The translations under genes were made by a program, and so were the position numbers. From the NCBI GenBank assembly GCA_033442325.1, contig JAWQFM010000011.1, positions 1,113,687 through 1,177,686 of the forward strand: a DNA stretch of 64,000 nucleotides. Direction: 5' to 3'. Source of the stretch: Salpingoeca rosetta (taxonomy: Eukaryota; Protista; Choanoflagellata). The notes beneath the pieces were generated by a model. It was not told the DNA's origin and made no database searches. It was given only the letters and a program-made list of their open reading frames with translations. This document shows positions 17,400 to 30,379 of this stretch, piece after piece. Within the stretch, counting starts at the first letter, position 1. The number at the start of each line of letters is the position of its first letter.

Positions 17400-18039
17400 G
17401 ATGCTTTGGGGTGCAACGTGGAGGCGAGGTGGAGGTGGGAGTGTTGCAGCGAGCGAGCGAGCCAGCGGCCACAACTCAGACTCGTTGACGACAGCACAAA
17501 AGGTAGTCACACAATCTCCTGCCGTTTTGTTTGTTTGTGTGTGGCGCTTTCCTTTTCCTTCTGATCGCGATCGCCGCTGTATCCCTGCCGCTACCTCTCT
17601 TGTGTTCTGTTTATTGGCGCCGCCTTGAGTGTGCCCTGCCCAACGAACCATTGGCTCCCCCCTCTCTCCCGTGACTGCCTTTCAAGTGCAAGCGTCGTTT
17701 GCGTTTGCGTTTGCGTGTGTGTGTTGATTCGGTTTGTCAATTCCTTTCCATTTTGCGTGCGACAAAGCCCCCCCCCCCGCTTGACTTTACACCAGCGCAC
17801 GTCATCGACAACAGCCGCCACTCTTGTTTGTTGTTGCGTGTTTTGTTTTGGTTTTGTGCTCTGACGCGTGGTTCGCTTCAAGCTAGAAGTGCAGCAAGCT
17901 CTGTGTTGTTCGCACAACCTTGACGACTGCTTGGTTCGTTGGTTCCTCAGTGACTTGCTTGGTTTTCTTCAAACGTTGCTGACTCGGGTCAAATCATCTG
18001 AATGGTCGAGCACTCCCAACTGCGCCCACGCCGTACACC

Positions 18040-19049
18040 ATGCCTTCATCTGACGATGACGACGCAAGTCAACAAGGGGAATCTACCATCGAGCCTCTCA
18101 ATACACGGGAGGCGCGCCGGCCACTTCACCACATCGCTCGTGGACCAGTGGCTCGAGCAGCGCCTCTTCCTCCCTTAAGCATCCATCGTCGCCAGTCAAT
18201 TGCTTCCTCCCGCGCAGACTCGGCCACCGCCGACCACACGCCGCCGCCTTCGTCAACCTCGTCCACCCCTCTTCTCGCCGCCTCACCCTCATCCTCGCGT
18301 TCCTCCTCAGCCGACTCATCGGCGCTCTCCTCGTCCTCCTCGTTGTGCTCGCCTTCCTCGAACGCGTCTCCCCTGCCAAACGCGTTTCCGCCGCATGCGC
18401 TCGCGCCGGCACTGGGCGAGCGGCAACGCGCAAGGTCCCACTCTCTCGATGCGGCGTGGCCGGCGCCCAATCACGCCAAGGACCCTGATGGCGGCGGCAA
18501 CAGCATGATTGGCGCCGCCCTCGCTACACCGCCACGCACTGCCTGCAGCCCATCGTCAAAGATGCTCACGGCGAAGATGGTCACCAAGGAGATTGCGTAT
18601 CTTGACGGCGCCGAGGATGGGTTTGGCCGCCGCCGCGGTGGCCGTACACGACGACCCAACAGGCGCAAAATCATCATCAAGGAGCTCAAGAGCATCGGCC
18701 GCCTCGCTAGCATGACATCCCTGACCACCCTCTTCAGGTTGGTGTGGTGTGCCTGTGCGTCTGTGTGTCTGTGTGTCTGTGTTGGCGTTGCTTTTGCACA
18801 CGCCTTTGCGTCCTCCCTTCTTTCACTCACTCACTCACTCTTTCACTCACTCACTCACGTTATTCGATGTCACGTGCGCCTGCATCTACCGCCATGGCAA
18901 CAGTCTCGCTATCCTGGCCACCAACACGGCGTTTCTTGGCCATCTTGGAACGAACCAGCTTGCCGGCAGCTCCCTCGCACAGGCCTTCATGATTGTGCGT
19001 CTGCAACAAACATGCTGTTGTGGTCAAGTCCGTGTGTGTGTGTGTGTGT

Positions 19050-19083
<34 letters not shown>

Positions 19084-20075
19084 GAAAGTGGGTGAGCGTG
19101 CAGAATGGCGTTTTTTTGATCTCACGCGAGTATTCTCTGGTTCCTTCAACTGCAACGCTTGTCCTCTTGTCCATCACAGCTTGCGACGCTGTTCATGTAT
19201 GGCATGGCGAGCACCATCAACACGCTCGCATCGCAGGCCCACGGCGCCGGCAACAACTTGCTCGTCGGCACCTGGTTCCAGGTGTGAGTGTGTGCTTGTG
19301 TGTGTGTGTGTGTGTTTGTGCATTCTTCTTGTTTTTGTTTGTGTGCGCGCCCGTCGTATCATGGATTGCGATGCTTGCATGAGCACACCCTCACCTCACC
19401 TCACATCCCCATGTCACTTCTCCGCGTGTGCGTGTGTGTGTGTGCAGGTGTCCCTGGTTGGCACCACGGTTCTCTCTATTCCCGTCATCCTCATCTTCTG
19501 GTTTGCGGGACAGGTGAGCGCTTTTCGCAAGCATCGTGGCGCGTCATGCGATTGCGATTGTGCCTTGTGTGTGTGTGTTGTGTGTGTGTGTGTGTGTTGA
19601 TTGTGAAGAGTGGCACGGCTGTTTCACTCACCGCATTATCATGTGCGTGCGAACGTGTGTTTGTGCGTATGTTTCTATTGCAGCTTGTGGGCCTGGTTGA
19701 GGAAAACGAAGACGTCATTCGCTTTGCCACGCTCTTTGCAAGGTCGCGCCCGTGTTTGTGTGCGCTTGCGTGTTCATATGTGTGCCTGTAGCTTCTTGCG
19801 CGCGCGCGCGTGTGTGTGTGCATGAGCGAGACGCGTGTCCTCACCGCTTCGTGACCCCTATCAACACTACTGTGCAATGTACTCTCAGGTGGTCTGCGCT
19901 GACGGTTTGGCCAAACGGCGTCTACGCGGCCGCGTGCCAATACTACCAGGTGCCGCCCACCACTCAAATGCCCCCTTGACGCCCCTTGATGCATTTGCTG
20001 TCTTTGGCGCATGTGTGGTTGGTCGTCGCAAACAACACACAGAAATTCACACCATGTCCCCGTCTGCGTGTCTGT

Positions 20076-20150
<75 letters not shown>

Positions 20151-21528
20151 CGTGTATTTCTCTGTACGTGTATGTGTGTGTGTATGTCTGTGTGCGCCTG
20201 TCTGCCTATCTCCCTCTCCCCCCGTCCTTTGCGTGTGTGCACAGGTTCAAGACATTGTGGTTCCGGCCGCTGTTGTCAATTTCTTCGCCATCTTCGTCAA
20301 CCTTGGATTCAACCAGGTGACGCCGCGCATACGCACGGCATCGACGCGCGCAGTGGCAACTGGGCAGTAGCGCGGACCCGGGGGATAGAGGGCGTCACAG
20401 CATGTGAACGCTCGCACACACATACACACATACACATACACACACATACATACACCTACACACATACACGCGCGCTTGTCTTGCAACATTGTCTTGCAAC
20501 ATTGTTCACGACTGGCTCGTCCAACGTACACCCTGACTCATTCTGCTCTGCTGCGTGCTTCTGTTTCTCTCTTTGTCATCAGCTGCTCATTCACGGCGCA
20601 TTTGGCTGGAGCGGCCTCGGTAAGCTGCGCAGATACCTGTGTACACGTGTACGTGCATGCACGCGTGCAGGAGTCGTAAATGTGAAATGCAGTGGATATC
20701 TTGTTCTTGTTCTTGGTCTCTCATTCTCTTACTCTCACACCACTGCACGTGGCGCGAATGCAATGCCAATCATCCACGACTCACCGCCAACCACGATCGT
20801 GATCACCATCACGCCAGGGTTCGTTGGCAGTCCTCTGGCATCCACTGCCACATCCATCTTCCAGCTCTTCACCCTCTTCGCGTACACGTGCGTGCATGTT
20901 CGCGCGTGGCTTGCTTGTTCACTGAGTTTGGTTGCATGTGCCTGGGTGCGTGTGTGAGACTGTGGGCGTGTGTGTGTGCGTGTATGTGTATGTGTATGTG
21001 TGGGCGTGCGTGTATGTGTGTGTGTGACTAGGTTTTGACATGCTAGCGTTCACCGCGTGACACACACATTTTCACATTTGCGCACACTGCACCCAACGCC
21101 CGGCTGGTCGTTCCCGTCCATCTTGGCAGGATGTGGTATCGGAAGTTGCATGTGCCGACGTGGCCTGGCTGGCACTTCAAGGAGGTCACAACGTCCCGCG
21201 TCATCGCTTTCATGAAGGTAGCAACACCACATGCACATGCACACGTGTAACTTGTGTGGTTGTGTGTGTGTGTAAGTGTGTTTCTATGAAGGGTGCTACT
21301 ATGCACGTGTCTAACGCTGCGCTTTGTGCTTGTGCAACTCATCCCCTGGTGATTTTCCTTCAGCTCTCGCTCCCAAGCGGCCTCGCACTTGTCTTTGATG
21401 AAAGCGTCTTCCAGGTACAAGTCGCCGCACGCAACACACACACACTATGCAGCAACGTGCTCAAGTGTTCAAGTGCTTAGTCGTTGTTCTCTGCTCAAAG
21501 CGTCTTCCAGGTACAAGTCGCCGCACGC

Positions 21529-21568
<40 letters not shown>

Positions 21569-23119
21569 CTATGCAGCAACGTGCTCAAGTGTTCAAGTGC
21601 TTAGTCGTTGTTCTCTGCTCACCTCACTGCATTCTTGTACATGTGTGTTCGTATGTGTTCGTACGTGTGTGTGTGTGTGTGTGTGCAGGCGCTGGTGCTG
21701 ATGGCTGGACGCCTCTCCGAGACAGACGTCGCTGCTCTTGGCATTGTATTCAACCGTACGTCAACAATGCACACACACACACACACACATACTCTCTCTC
21801 TCTCTCTCACTCACACCCACACACTCACACGCTCTCCCACAACCATTGTTCTGCCCCCCCCCTGTCTCCTCTGCTTGGCGTGCAGTGTTTTCGTTTGTGT
21901 GGGGCTTGTGGTGGGGCATTGGCCTCGCCACACAGGTTCGCGTCGGCTTCAACCTCGGCGCTGGCAAACCATTCAGGGTACGCGGACCCCTGCATGCATA
22001 CGGCCNNNNNNNNNNNNNNNNNNNNNNNNNNNNNNNNNNNNNNNNNNNNNNNNNNNNNNNNNNNNNNNNNNNNNNNNNNNNNNNNNNNNNNNNNNNNNNN
22101 NNNNNACACACACACACACATACACACACACACACACACACACATATCACACACACGCACACACACGCACGCATGGTTGCACCAGCTTCTTGTTCACCCG
22201 TGATCGCTGTTGCTCGCGTGTTTGACGATGCCTGCAGGCAAAACTCTCCTTCCTCCTCGGGTCAATCCTGACCCTTGTACTGAACATTTTCGTTTTCATC
22301 GCCTGCATTGGCCTTCGCGGCTACTTGGCGGTTCCTTTCTCAAAGTACGTGATTGGCTGAGCTTGCGCACCCTTGTGGAATGCTTGTTCCCCTGTGTTGT
22401 TTGTTATCTTGCTTGCTGCTTGCTGCGTGCTGCTTGCACAGGGTGACACCACTGATTTGTCTTCACTTTTGTTCGTTCATCCTGCCCCCCCTCTCTCCTA
22501 CTCCATTGTACCCAATTGTGGTTCTCATTCAACTCCCCCGCTCCAAACGTGCTTCACTCACCACCATCATGGCTGGTTCGTGGCAGCTCGAAGCAAGTGC
22601 AGGATGCGACGGGCGATCTTGCAGAGGTGATGGCGCTCTGCTTCACCGCGTACTGTTTCGCAGGCAGCGTCCTCTCAACCCTCGAAGGTGATGCGTGGTG
22701 CTGGTGTTGCGTGGTGTGTAGTGTATTTTCTTGTGCGTTGTTGAAGGACGTGCATGGCATCTCATCAAGCCCGCACATGCTGCCTCGTGTGTACATGCAC
22801 ACAAGTCTCGCCACTTCAACCAACAACAATCACACCAATGATCCTATCCTCTTCCCCAGCCCTCACGTTCTAACTTCCCTGCACACCCATTGACGCCACA
22901 CCGTTGTTGCCTGCAGGCATGGGCCGCATCCTGGTGATGGCGGGCTTCCAGCTGGCATTTGCGTATGCGCTCTCGCTGCCGCTTGCATATGTCCTCTGCT
23001 TCAAGCTCGGGTTTGGAGCGCCAGGCCTTCTCCTCGGCACTGGCATCGGCGACTCGTTGAAGGTGCGCCAAGAGGGGCCAGCTGCAGTGCAACAGCGTCA
23101 TGTGATGTGATGTGATGTG

Positions 23120-23191
<72 letters not shown>

Positions 23192-23402
23192 TCTTGCCAA
23201 AGAGCGAAGGCTGCACGATCGAGCGACGAGAGAATATGCACACAACAAACGCGACATATTCTTGCGCTCACGCTGCCCCCTCCTGGCCGTCCCCGCACGC
23301 CCCCGTCCAACAATGTTTTCCAGTTTGTGTGCTCGTTTGTGTTCTTCGTGCTGTCGACCAATTGGCGACAAGAGGTGTCAGATGCCATTGGCCGCTCAGA
23401 GT

Positions 23403-23439
<37 letters not shown>

Positions 23440-23809
23440 TGATGATGATGGTAGTGACGTGTTGGACGGGCCGTTGATCGTGAACCACGATAGCGGTGCT
23501 GGTGATGAGATCTCCACGGATGGCAGTGACGACACGGCCGACATCAGCTGCCCGTCCACATACCACTCCCTCACCAACTCCGCCACCACCACCAGCGCTA
23601 CCACCACCACGGCCGCACCCCGAGCAACCCACCGCGAGCTTGCTGGTCCACCACACCGCCGCAACCGCCAGCAGCAGCAGCAGCAGCAGCAGCGTGTGTG
23701 GACGGATCCGTTTGGCGCTACATGGCGTCGGCGTCAGCGTGATGGCCGCGCTGATGGAGAAATGTCGGCATCACGGCTCCTGGACGAACGCACGCCCCTC
23801 ATCAACTGA
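18040..23809 (+). CDS. MATE (multidrug and toxic compound extrusion) family transporter, multi-exon, spans an assembly gap
   Basis: FLGHLGTNQLAGSSLA, GMASTINTLASQAHGAGN, GFVGSPLAST, TWPGW, QVRVGFNLGAGKP, GLLLGTGIG. Disordered N-terminal extension and acidic C-terminal tail ending ERTPLIN*. Confidence 0.88.
21401..21620 (+). repeat. Tandem duplication of a MATE exon end plus donor site
   Basis: AAAGCGTCTTCCAG|GTACAAG...TTCTCTGCTC occurs at 21401-21496 and 21497-21620; the copies differ in CA-tract length. Confidence 0.92.
22006..22105. other. Assembly gap (N run)
   Basis: Ns. Confidence 1.
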
Positions 23810-24279
23810 TGCCCACCACTGGAGGCACATACAGTTACTTCCTTGCTTGTTCTGCGTTCGTTTGACTGTCTGCCCTGTTTGTTTGTTTGTTCGTTTGGTT
23901 GGTTGTTTGTTCGTGTGTGTGTGTGTGTGTGTGTTTGTTTGTTTGTTTGTTTGTTCTCTGTTTGACTGTCCATCTTTCTGTCTTTCTGTCTCTTTGTTAT
24001 TCTGTTTCTTCTGTTTGTGTGGTCGAAGTTTACTGCGCGTGCCTCGCCCCACCCCTCCCTCGTTTCAGGGTCGTTGTTCATGCAGCTTTAGCACGTTGTT
24101 GCTGCTGCTTTGTTCTCGTTTTGGTTTACTGATGGGCAAGAGCCACCACACAATTCACACGACACACGTGCTCTCGAGTCCAGTCAAGTAACAGCGGGGG
24201 TGGGACGGGCACAATCAGCGCATGCACACGTGTGTGCGCCTGTCCTCCACACGCACGATTTGTTGGCAGTGTGTTGCAT

Positions 24280-25109
24280 TCACATAAAGTCGACTCCGAG
24301 TGACGCCCAGCCGCCAAGCAGCAGCAACCCTCCAATGGGGGTCACGGGGCCTGTCAAGAACATATGTATGATGGCAAGTGTCAAGAGACAACTTGGCTGG
24401 TGAGAATGTACATACGCGTAAGAGGAAAACGCACGCGCGGTTCACATGACGGCGAAGCATGCTCAAGAGCACATACACCCTGACAAACGCACAAGCGTGC
24501 TCACACCCAGAATCGCACGAAAACACACGCACAGGACACGCAGCCGGAGGCACTCACCGAGGACCTTCCATCTTGTGAGTACGAGGCCATAGATGCTGCC
24601 GGAGAAAAGGATCGTGCCAAGGCTAAACAGGTTGGAAGTTCTGTTGCTGACTTGGTTCCCAAGTGTACCGCACATGCACAGCATCACGCTGTGAACAAGC
24701 TGGTAGTGCGCGGCCGTCTCCCACGACTGCACAACGGGGGGAGGGGTTGTGTATGAGGTGTGAGCGTGGCGAGAAGAATGAAAAACAGCGGGACTCAAAA
24801 CCGGAGAGCCACCGCCACCGCCACACATGTGTACACACGTGCATCTGTGCACACACACACACACACACGCGCGCGCAGCAAATACAAAGGCAACCACATT
24901 CATACACAAGCATGCGCACTCGTATTCAAACACAAGCACAAACACACACGCACACGACACAGAGGCATCCATACTTTGAGCAGGTGTTGGTCGGAGATGA
25001 TGTTCTTGAGACCGTGTGCGCCAAAGGCCCCGAGCGCCACTGCTGCAAACCCAAAAAGCGCTCCCGTGCGCATCACACTGGAAGAAGGAGACAACGGCAA
25101 CGATGACAT
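24280..25109 (-). CDS. TMEM256: TMEM256 / DUF423 small membrane protein (3 exons)
   Basis: GALFGFAAVALGAFGAHGL | WETAAHYQLVHS...GTILFSGSIYGLVLT..LG | PVTPIGGLLLLGGW. Start Met could be 25109 or a nearby ATG. Confidence 0.92.
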
Positions 25110-25268
25110 GGCCAGCTGTGCTGCTTCGAGCTGTTGCTGTGCGGTTGGTTGCTGTGCTGGTCGTCTTCGTCTTTCGCCGTTTCCGCGCATCAAAGTTCTG
25201 AAGATTTGTTGGTGGCATTAACGACTTTCGACGATTTCCGCCGCCGAAACACGACCAGCCATCGCAAT

Positions 25269-27563
25269 ATGCCACAGGTGTTCTTGGCGCTGCAGTGCTT
25301 CAACTGCGACGCGTTCCAAGTCCAGCAACAGAAGAAGGTCGGGGAGTGCGGCCTGAAGATGACCCCTGTGGCGTGGAAGGAACAGCTTCAGTGTGCTAGT
25401 AGTGTTTTTGTGCTGCCTTGCTTGTTGGGTGCTGTGAGCGCGCACTTCAAGGCTCTGCTACATCATATCGAGTGCACACGGGGTCGCTGGCACAACAGCT
25501 CACATGTGGTGATGCCTCATTTCCCTTCCTTGTATGTTTTTTGTTGTCGCCTTTTTCCCCGCCTCCATCAGACGAAGAAATGGAAGTGCAAACTCTGCGG
25601 CGAGGCACAGTCTGTGCGCAAAATCTTCTTCAAGGGCACAGGTACTGCCTGGTGTGTCGTGTGCAGTCAGACCCCCCCCCCCACACACACACAATCGCAC
25701 ACCATTGCTGTGCTTCCTTGCGTGCGTACATTTATGCATGCTTCCTTGCGTGCTGGCAGAGCGACCACCCCAATCCGTGCCCATGATCACCATCGCTTTT
25801 TTTTCCTGTGTGCGCTGTCGAAGGCAAAGATTGCAGAACGCGCGTGCAGGCACTCAACTTGCGGCGTGGAGAAATGGAATCCATTTCGTAAGCTCAGCAT
25901 GTCGACCCTGTGTTTGTGTATGTGTGTGTATGCGTACGTGTCGACACACACACACACACACACTCTGTGCGTGTGTCGACTCCGCCTCTCTCTCTCTCTC
26001 TCTCTGTGCGATGGTTCTGTTCAAGGTCATGGCAGACGCTTACAGTCCACCTCATCGCGTGCATGACAGCGCTGAAACGGCAATGGAACGAGACTACACG
26101 GAGTACGAAGCAGAAGAGGGGGATGCCATGGATTCGTGGCACGCAGAATATGGGGACAGCATTGACAACCCTTCTCCGACCACTCATGCTCCTGAATTTC
26201 AAACACCAAAACAAAGCAAATGGGATGCGTTTGTCGAGGTGAGCACTGCTTCATCATCATATCACACGCACACACATCAGCATTCACACACAAACGTGCT
26301 CTCTATATGTCTGTGTCAACAGCTCGCGATGGCGTGTACTTCACATAGCCCGTCCGACATCGCCTCTGCATTCCACTCACTGCTCACGCTGCCCCATCGC
26401 CCAAATACGCGTCTTTCTCTTGTCCCATGCAGCGACCGCAAGAGGGTGAAGACGATGAAGAAGAAGATGTTACCGGCGTTGGCGGCGTGCAGGTCACGAC
26501 AGATGCCACGCAGTTTTCACAGCTGCTGCGTGATCTTCGTCGAGGACCAAAGCGAAACACATCGGCCCAACAACGCGCGCGCCACCGACAACAACAGCAG
26601 CACCAGCACCAGCAACGAAGACAGCAGGCGAGGACTTGCTATGATCACCAACGGCAACATTTACATGGGCCGCCAGTGCAGAATGTTCGCCGCCAGCCAA
26701 GGCATCGACACGACAGTCTGGAGGATGACAGCGCATTGACAGCGGCAGCAACCGCGGCTGTTGGGGAGGCCGAGGCAGCAGACATGGGCAGTCACATGCG
26801 CGCATCTGCATACGTACGAGCTGCCCACGCGCGTGGGGGCTCAACACACCGCCACAGTGTGGGTGTGCCCAGGCGCAAAAGGATACAGGACGAAGAGCAG
26901 TGGGACAGCGACCACGCGTCCACCGTGTCCCCACTTCAGCATGCGAATGAACGCGTTTGTGGCGTGCGCGCGGGTGCGGGCATGGGTGGTGGGGGTACGC
27001 CAGTGTGCAAGCGGCCCCACTTGTCAATGGGATCGCGGGCACGTGTGGCCGTGCCGGGGACACCGATGGCCGCCCCTGTGAGAATGCCTGCAAGTACACA
27101 CGCAATGACACCGGGAGGCGCAGCAGCGGCGACAGCAACGGCGGCAGCAGCACGGCTGCGGGCGTGGCACCACCACACATCTTCAGCATCACCATCGTCA
27201 TCGTTGTCGTTGTCGTTGCCATTGGCACCATCGAGCCAGCACGTGTCATCATCTTCGGCAGCAGGTGCGCATCGAACGCCGCAGCCACCCCACGACCGCC
27301 ACCACCATCAACACAAGCACCAACAACAGCAGCCGTCGTTATTGACATCAGCGCCACGCACATCGTCTCTTGTACCCACCCGCCCTTCCTCTACCACACA
27401 ACACCAGCGACACCAGCGACACCAACAGCAGCAAGAGCAGCAAGAGCAAGAGGTGATGAGGAAGAAGAAGGCATCCAAGTGGGATCTGTTTGTCACCACC
27501 ACAGCCCACGATGGCGATGATGACGATGACGAAGACGATGATGGCTTGTACGGCCTGGCTTGA
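25269..27563 (+). CDS. MRNIP: MRN complex-interacting protein (UPF0544), N-terminal Zn-ribbon plus disordered tail
   Basis: MPQVFLALQCFNCDAFQVQQQKK | TKKWKCKLCGEAQSVRKIFFKGT | GKDCRTRVQALNLRRG. Later exons carry KQSKWDAF and KASKWDLF. Confidence 0.85.
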
Positions 27564-28033
27564 CAGCGACGATGCAGCAGCCTGTGTCGTGCTGACCTGT
27601 TGCTTGGCTGGTGGTGGTGGCTTGAGGCTTGTTTTGCGTGCATACAGCGTGTTGTGTTGCACGCGTGTGTTGTTTCGAGGGAAACACGCCGTTTCTGCTG
27701 CCTGCTGCCTGCTGTTTGCTGCCTGCTGCTGCTGTTGCTGTTATAATTGTAGGTCGGTGTAAAGGACATGCATGCAAGAAGTTGAGACGGACACACATGC
27801 ACGCGCAGAGAGGCAAACCAACTGCAGCCAGCGCACACATGGCGCAAGTCAAAACGCAACAGAGGCCTGAAATTGCACAGGCAAAGCGTGGTCCTTCCTG
27901 CTTTCCCCTTGTGCGTGCATGTGTGCGTGTGTGCGTGTGCACAAATCCAAACAAAACACCAGCAGCAGAAGCAACCCTAACCACGCAAGCCACGCTCTCG
28001 CCAGCTCACCCACGCCCATCATTTCATCGACGG

Positions 28034-28101
<68 letters not shown>

Positions 28102-28170
28102 TACCTGTACACGTTCATTTCACCAACACTTGCCCCTTTGTTCACCACAACAAGACCAACACCGACACCA

Positions 28171-28863
28171 ATGATGACGACGACGATGCGTGTCCTTGCA
28201 CTCCGCATGACGGCGTCGCGCTTGGCCACTGCCCGACGAAGCCTGGCCGCGCTCACTCGAGCAACAGCAGTCGCACGCACTGCCACTGCCACTGCTGCCA
28301 CTGCTGCTCGGGCACCATGCTTGCAGCAGCGGTGGCTGTGCGTGCGCGATGGGGCGCAGCGACACAGGGACGACGATGACGATGCTGCATCATGCGGTGG
28401 CGCACACGAGCACCTGCACACGAGCAGCACGCAGCTGCGGGCCATTGGCTTGGATGCCATGAAACACTGCGTCGGTGCCCACGACACCTTCATCATGGAC
28501 GTGCGCGAGCCGTCTGAGTTTGAGCAAGGCCACATCCCGACGGCCGTGAACGTGCCGCTCAACACGCTGCTCAACTCGGACGTGGACGCCAGCGACCCCG
28601 AGGACGCGTGGGTTGGCGGCGTGCACCTGCCGACATCAGACCAGAAGGTGGTCGTCTACTGCAAAGCGGGCGTGCGCTCGCATCTGGCCCAGGTGTATCT
28701 CGCCTCCAAGGGGTGGAAGAACTGCTCCAACTACGTTGGTAGCTGGCTGCAGTGGTCACAAGACCCGGAGACGCAGAAGGTGGTTGCAGCGCCCTCATCT
28801 TCCAGCACCGCTGGTGCACCACCAGCAGCAACCGCATCCTCACGCCAAGGTGTGCTTGTGCGC

Positions 28864-28895
<32 letters not shown>

Positions 28896-29503
28896 TTGTG
28901 TGCTTGTGTGTGTGCTTGTGTGTGTGTGTGTGTGTGTGTGTGTTTGTGTGCTTGTGTGCGTGTGCACACGTGTGCTTGTGTGTCCGTGTCTGCGTGTCCT
29001 TGTGCTTGTTTTCGTACTTGCGCGACATCACACCTCCCAGCAGTCATCATCTCACTGTCAGTCCATACACGTCCGCTGTTTCAAACAACACACACAACGC
29101 AACGACCCGCACCCTTCCAGGTCGCACGCAGGGCGATGCAGTGAACGTGCATCTGTTTGATGACCTCGTCGTGCGAAAGCCGCTCAAGTGGACCAACATG
29201 CCGGTTGTCGACCACTTCAGCGCCGACCAGTGGGACGCCCTTCATGCCCTGCCGCTCCTCACCGTGCCGGCCTCCACCCAGCCCACGGACACCCTGCACC
29301 CGAAGGCAGATGCCTTCCTCCTCATGCGCAAGCTGGACGCCAGCGCCACTGCCGGCACAAGTGCTGGGCGCGCACCGAGCAAGGAGGCGGCAGCCATGGG
29401 ATATGAGCTGTACTTTGTGGACACGGCTGGCTACGACACGGCGCGCTACGCCTTCCGTATTGGCTCTCGCACCGCCAGCGCGCTCGTCGCAGACCGCTTG
29501 TAA
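28171..29503 (+). CDS. Single-domain rhodanese (sulfurtransferase) with likely mitochondrial presequence and an extra C-terminal domain
   Basis: IMDVREPSEFEQGHIPTAVNVPL, active-site YCKAGVRS, NYVGSWLQW. Arg/Ala/Thr-rich N-terminus. Phase-1 intron 28850-29120 joins a second exon ending at TAA 29503. Confidence 0.85.
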
Positions 29504-30379
29504 TGCGACCCCCCCCCCCCAACCTGGCCTGACCAACGAAGCTGTTTGAGGGGGCGTGGGTGGCGAGGCGGAGTGGGGAACGTGTGGAGGACGTGGGAAG
29601 GTGTGGTGCGACGCTGCTTGTGGCGTCAGCTGTTACGTAATGGTGTGAACAGCGCGTGTTGCATGCTGTTGCCGCCCTGTTTTGTGTGTTCCACCCTTGC
29701 TTGCGTGATTGCGCGCTGGTCATCATGCACACATGTGTGCGTGTGCGTGTGTGTGTGTGTGTGTGAAATGATGCCTTGTCCGTGTTTGTTGCATTGTTAC
29801 ATGTGTTTCTTCACCTGCTTACATTATGTGTTACAACGAAGCACAAGGTGCACTTGCCCACGTTAGTGTCTGTCGTTACAATGTGGGGTTCCGCAGTGGT
29901 GGAGTGTGCACTGCAGGGGCTCTGAGTGCTGCTGCCCAAATGATGTGATTCACTTATGGACTGGTTCGTGTGTATGCTCGTGTGGATGAATGCATTTGCA
30001 CTTCTGATGATACACACCATAGTCCAAGCGAGAGAACACAAAAGGACAGCAAGCAAGATAGCAAGCGAGTGACGAGAGAAGAAGAAGGAGAGAGAGAGAG
30101 AGAGCAAAAGGTGGAGAAAGAACAAGAACACAAGGATGAATACTGCGGCCAACGCAGGGAGGAGGGGCAGAGAAGGGAGGAGTACACATGCAGACGACAG
30201 ATCATACTGTCAAGTATGACCGGAAAAAGAAACCTCTTGTGGGTGAGTGGGTGAGGAGTGAGTGAGTGAGTGAGTGAGTGAGTGTGCCGTGTGAGTGAGT
30301 GAGGGAGTGTGTGAGTGAGTGAGTGAGTCTGAGGACAGCACAACCGTCTGCCAGCATGACATGTCATGTCACCAACATC

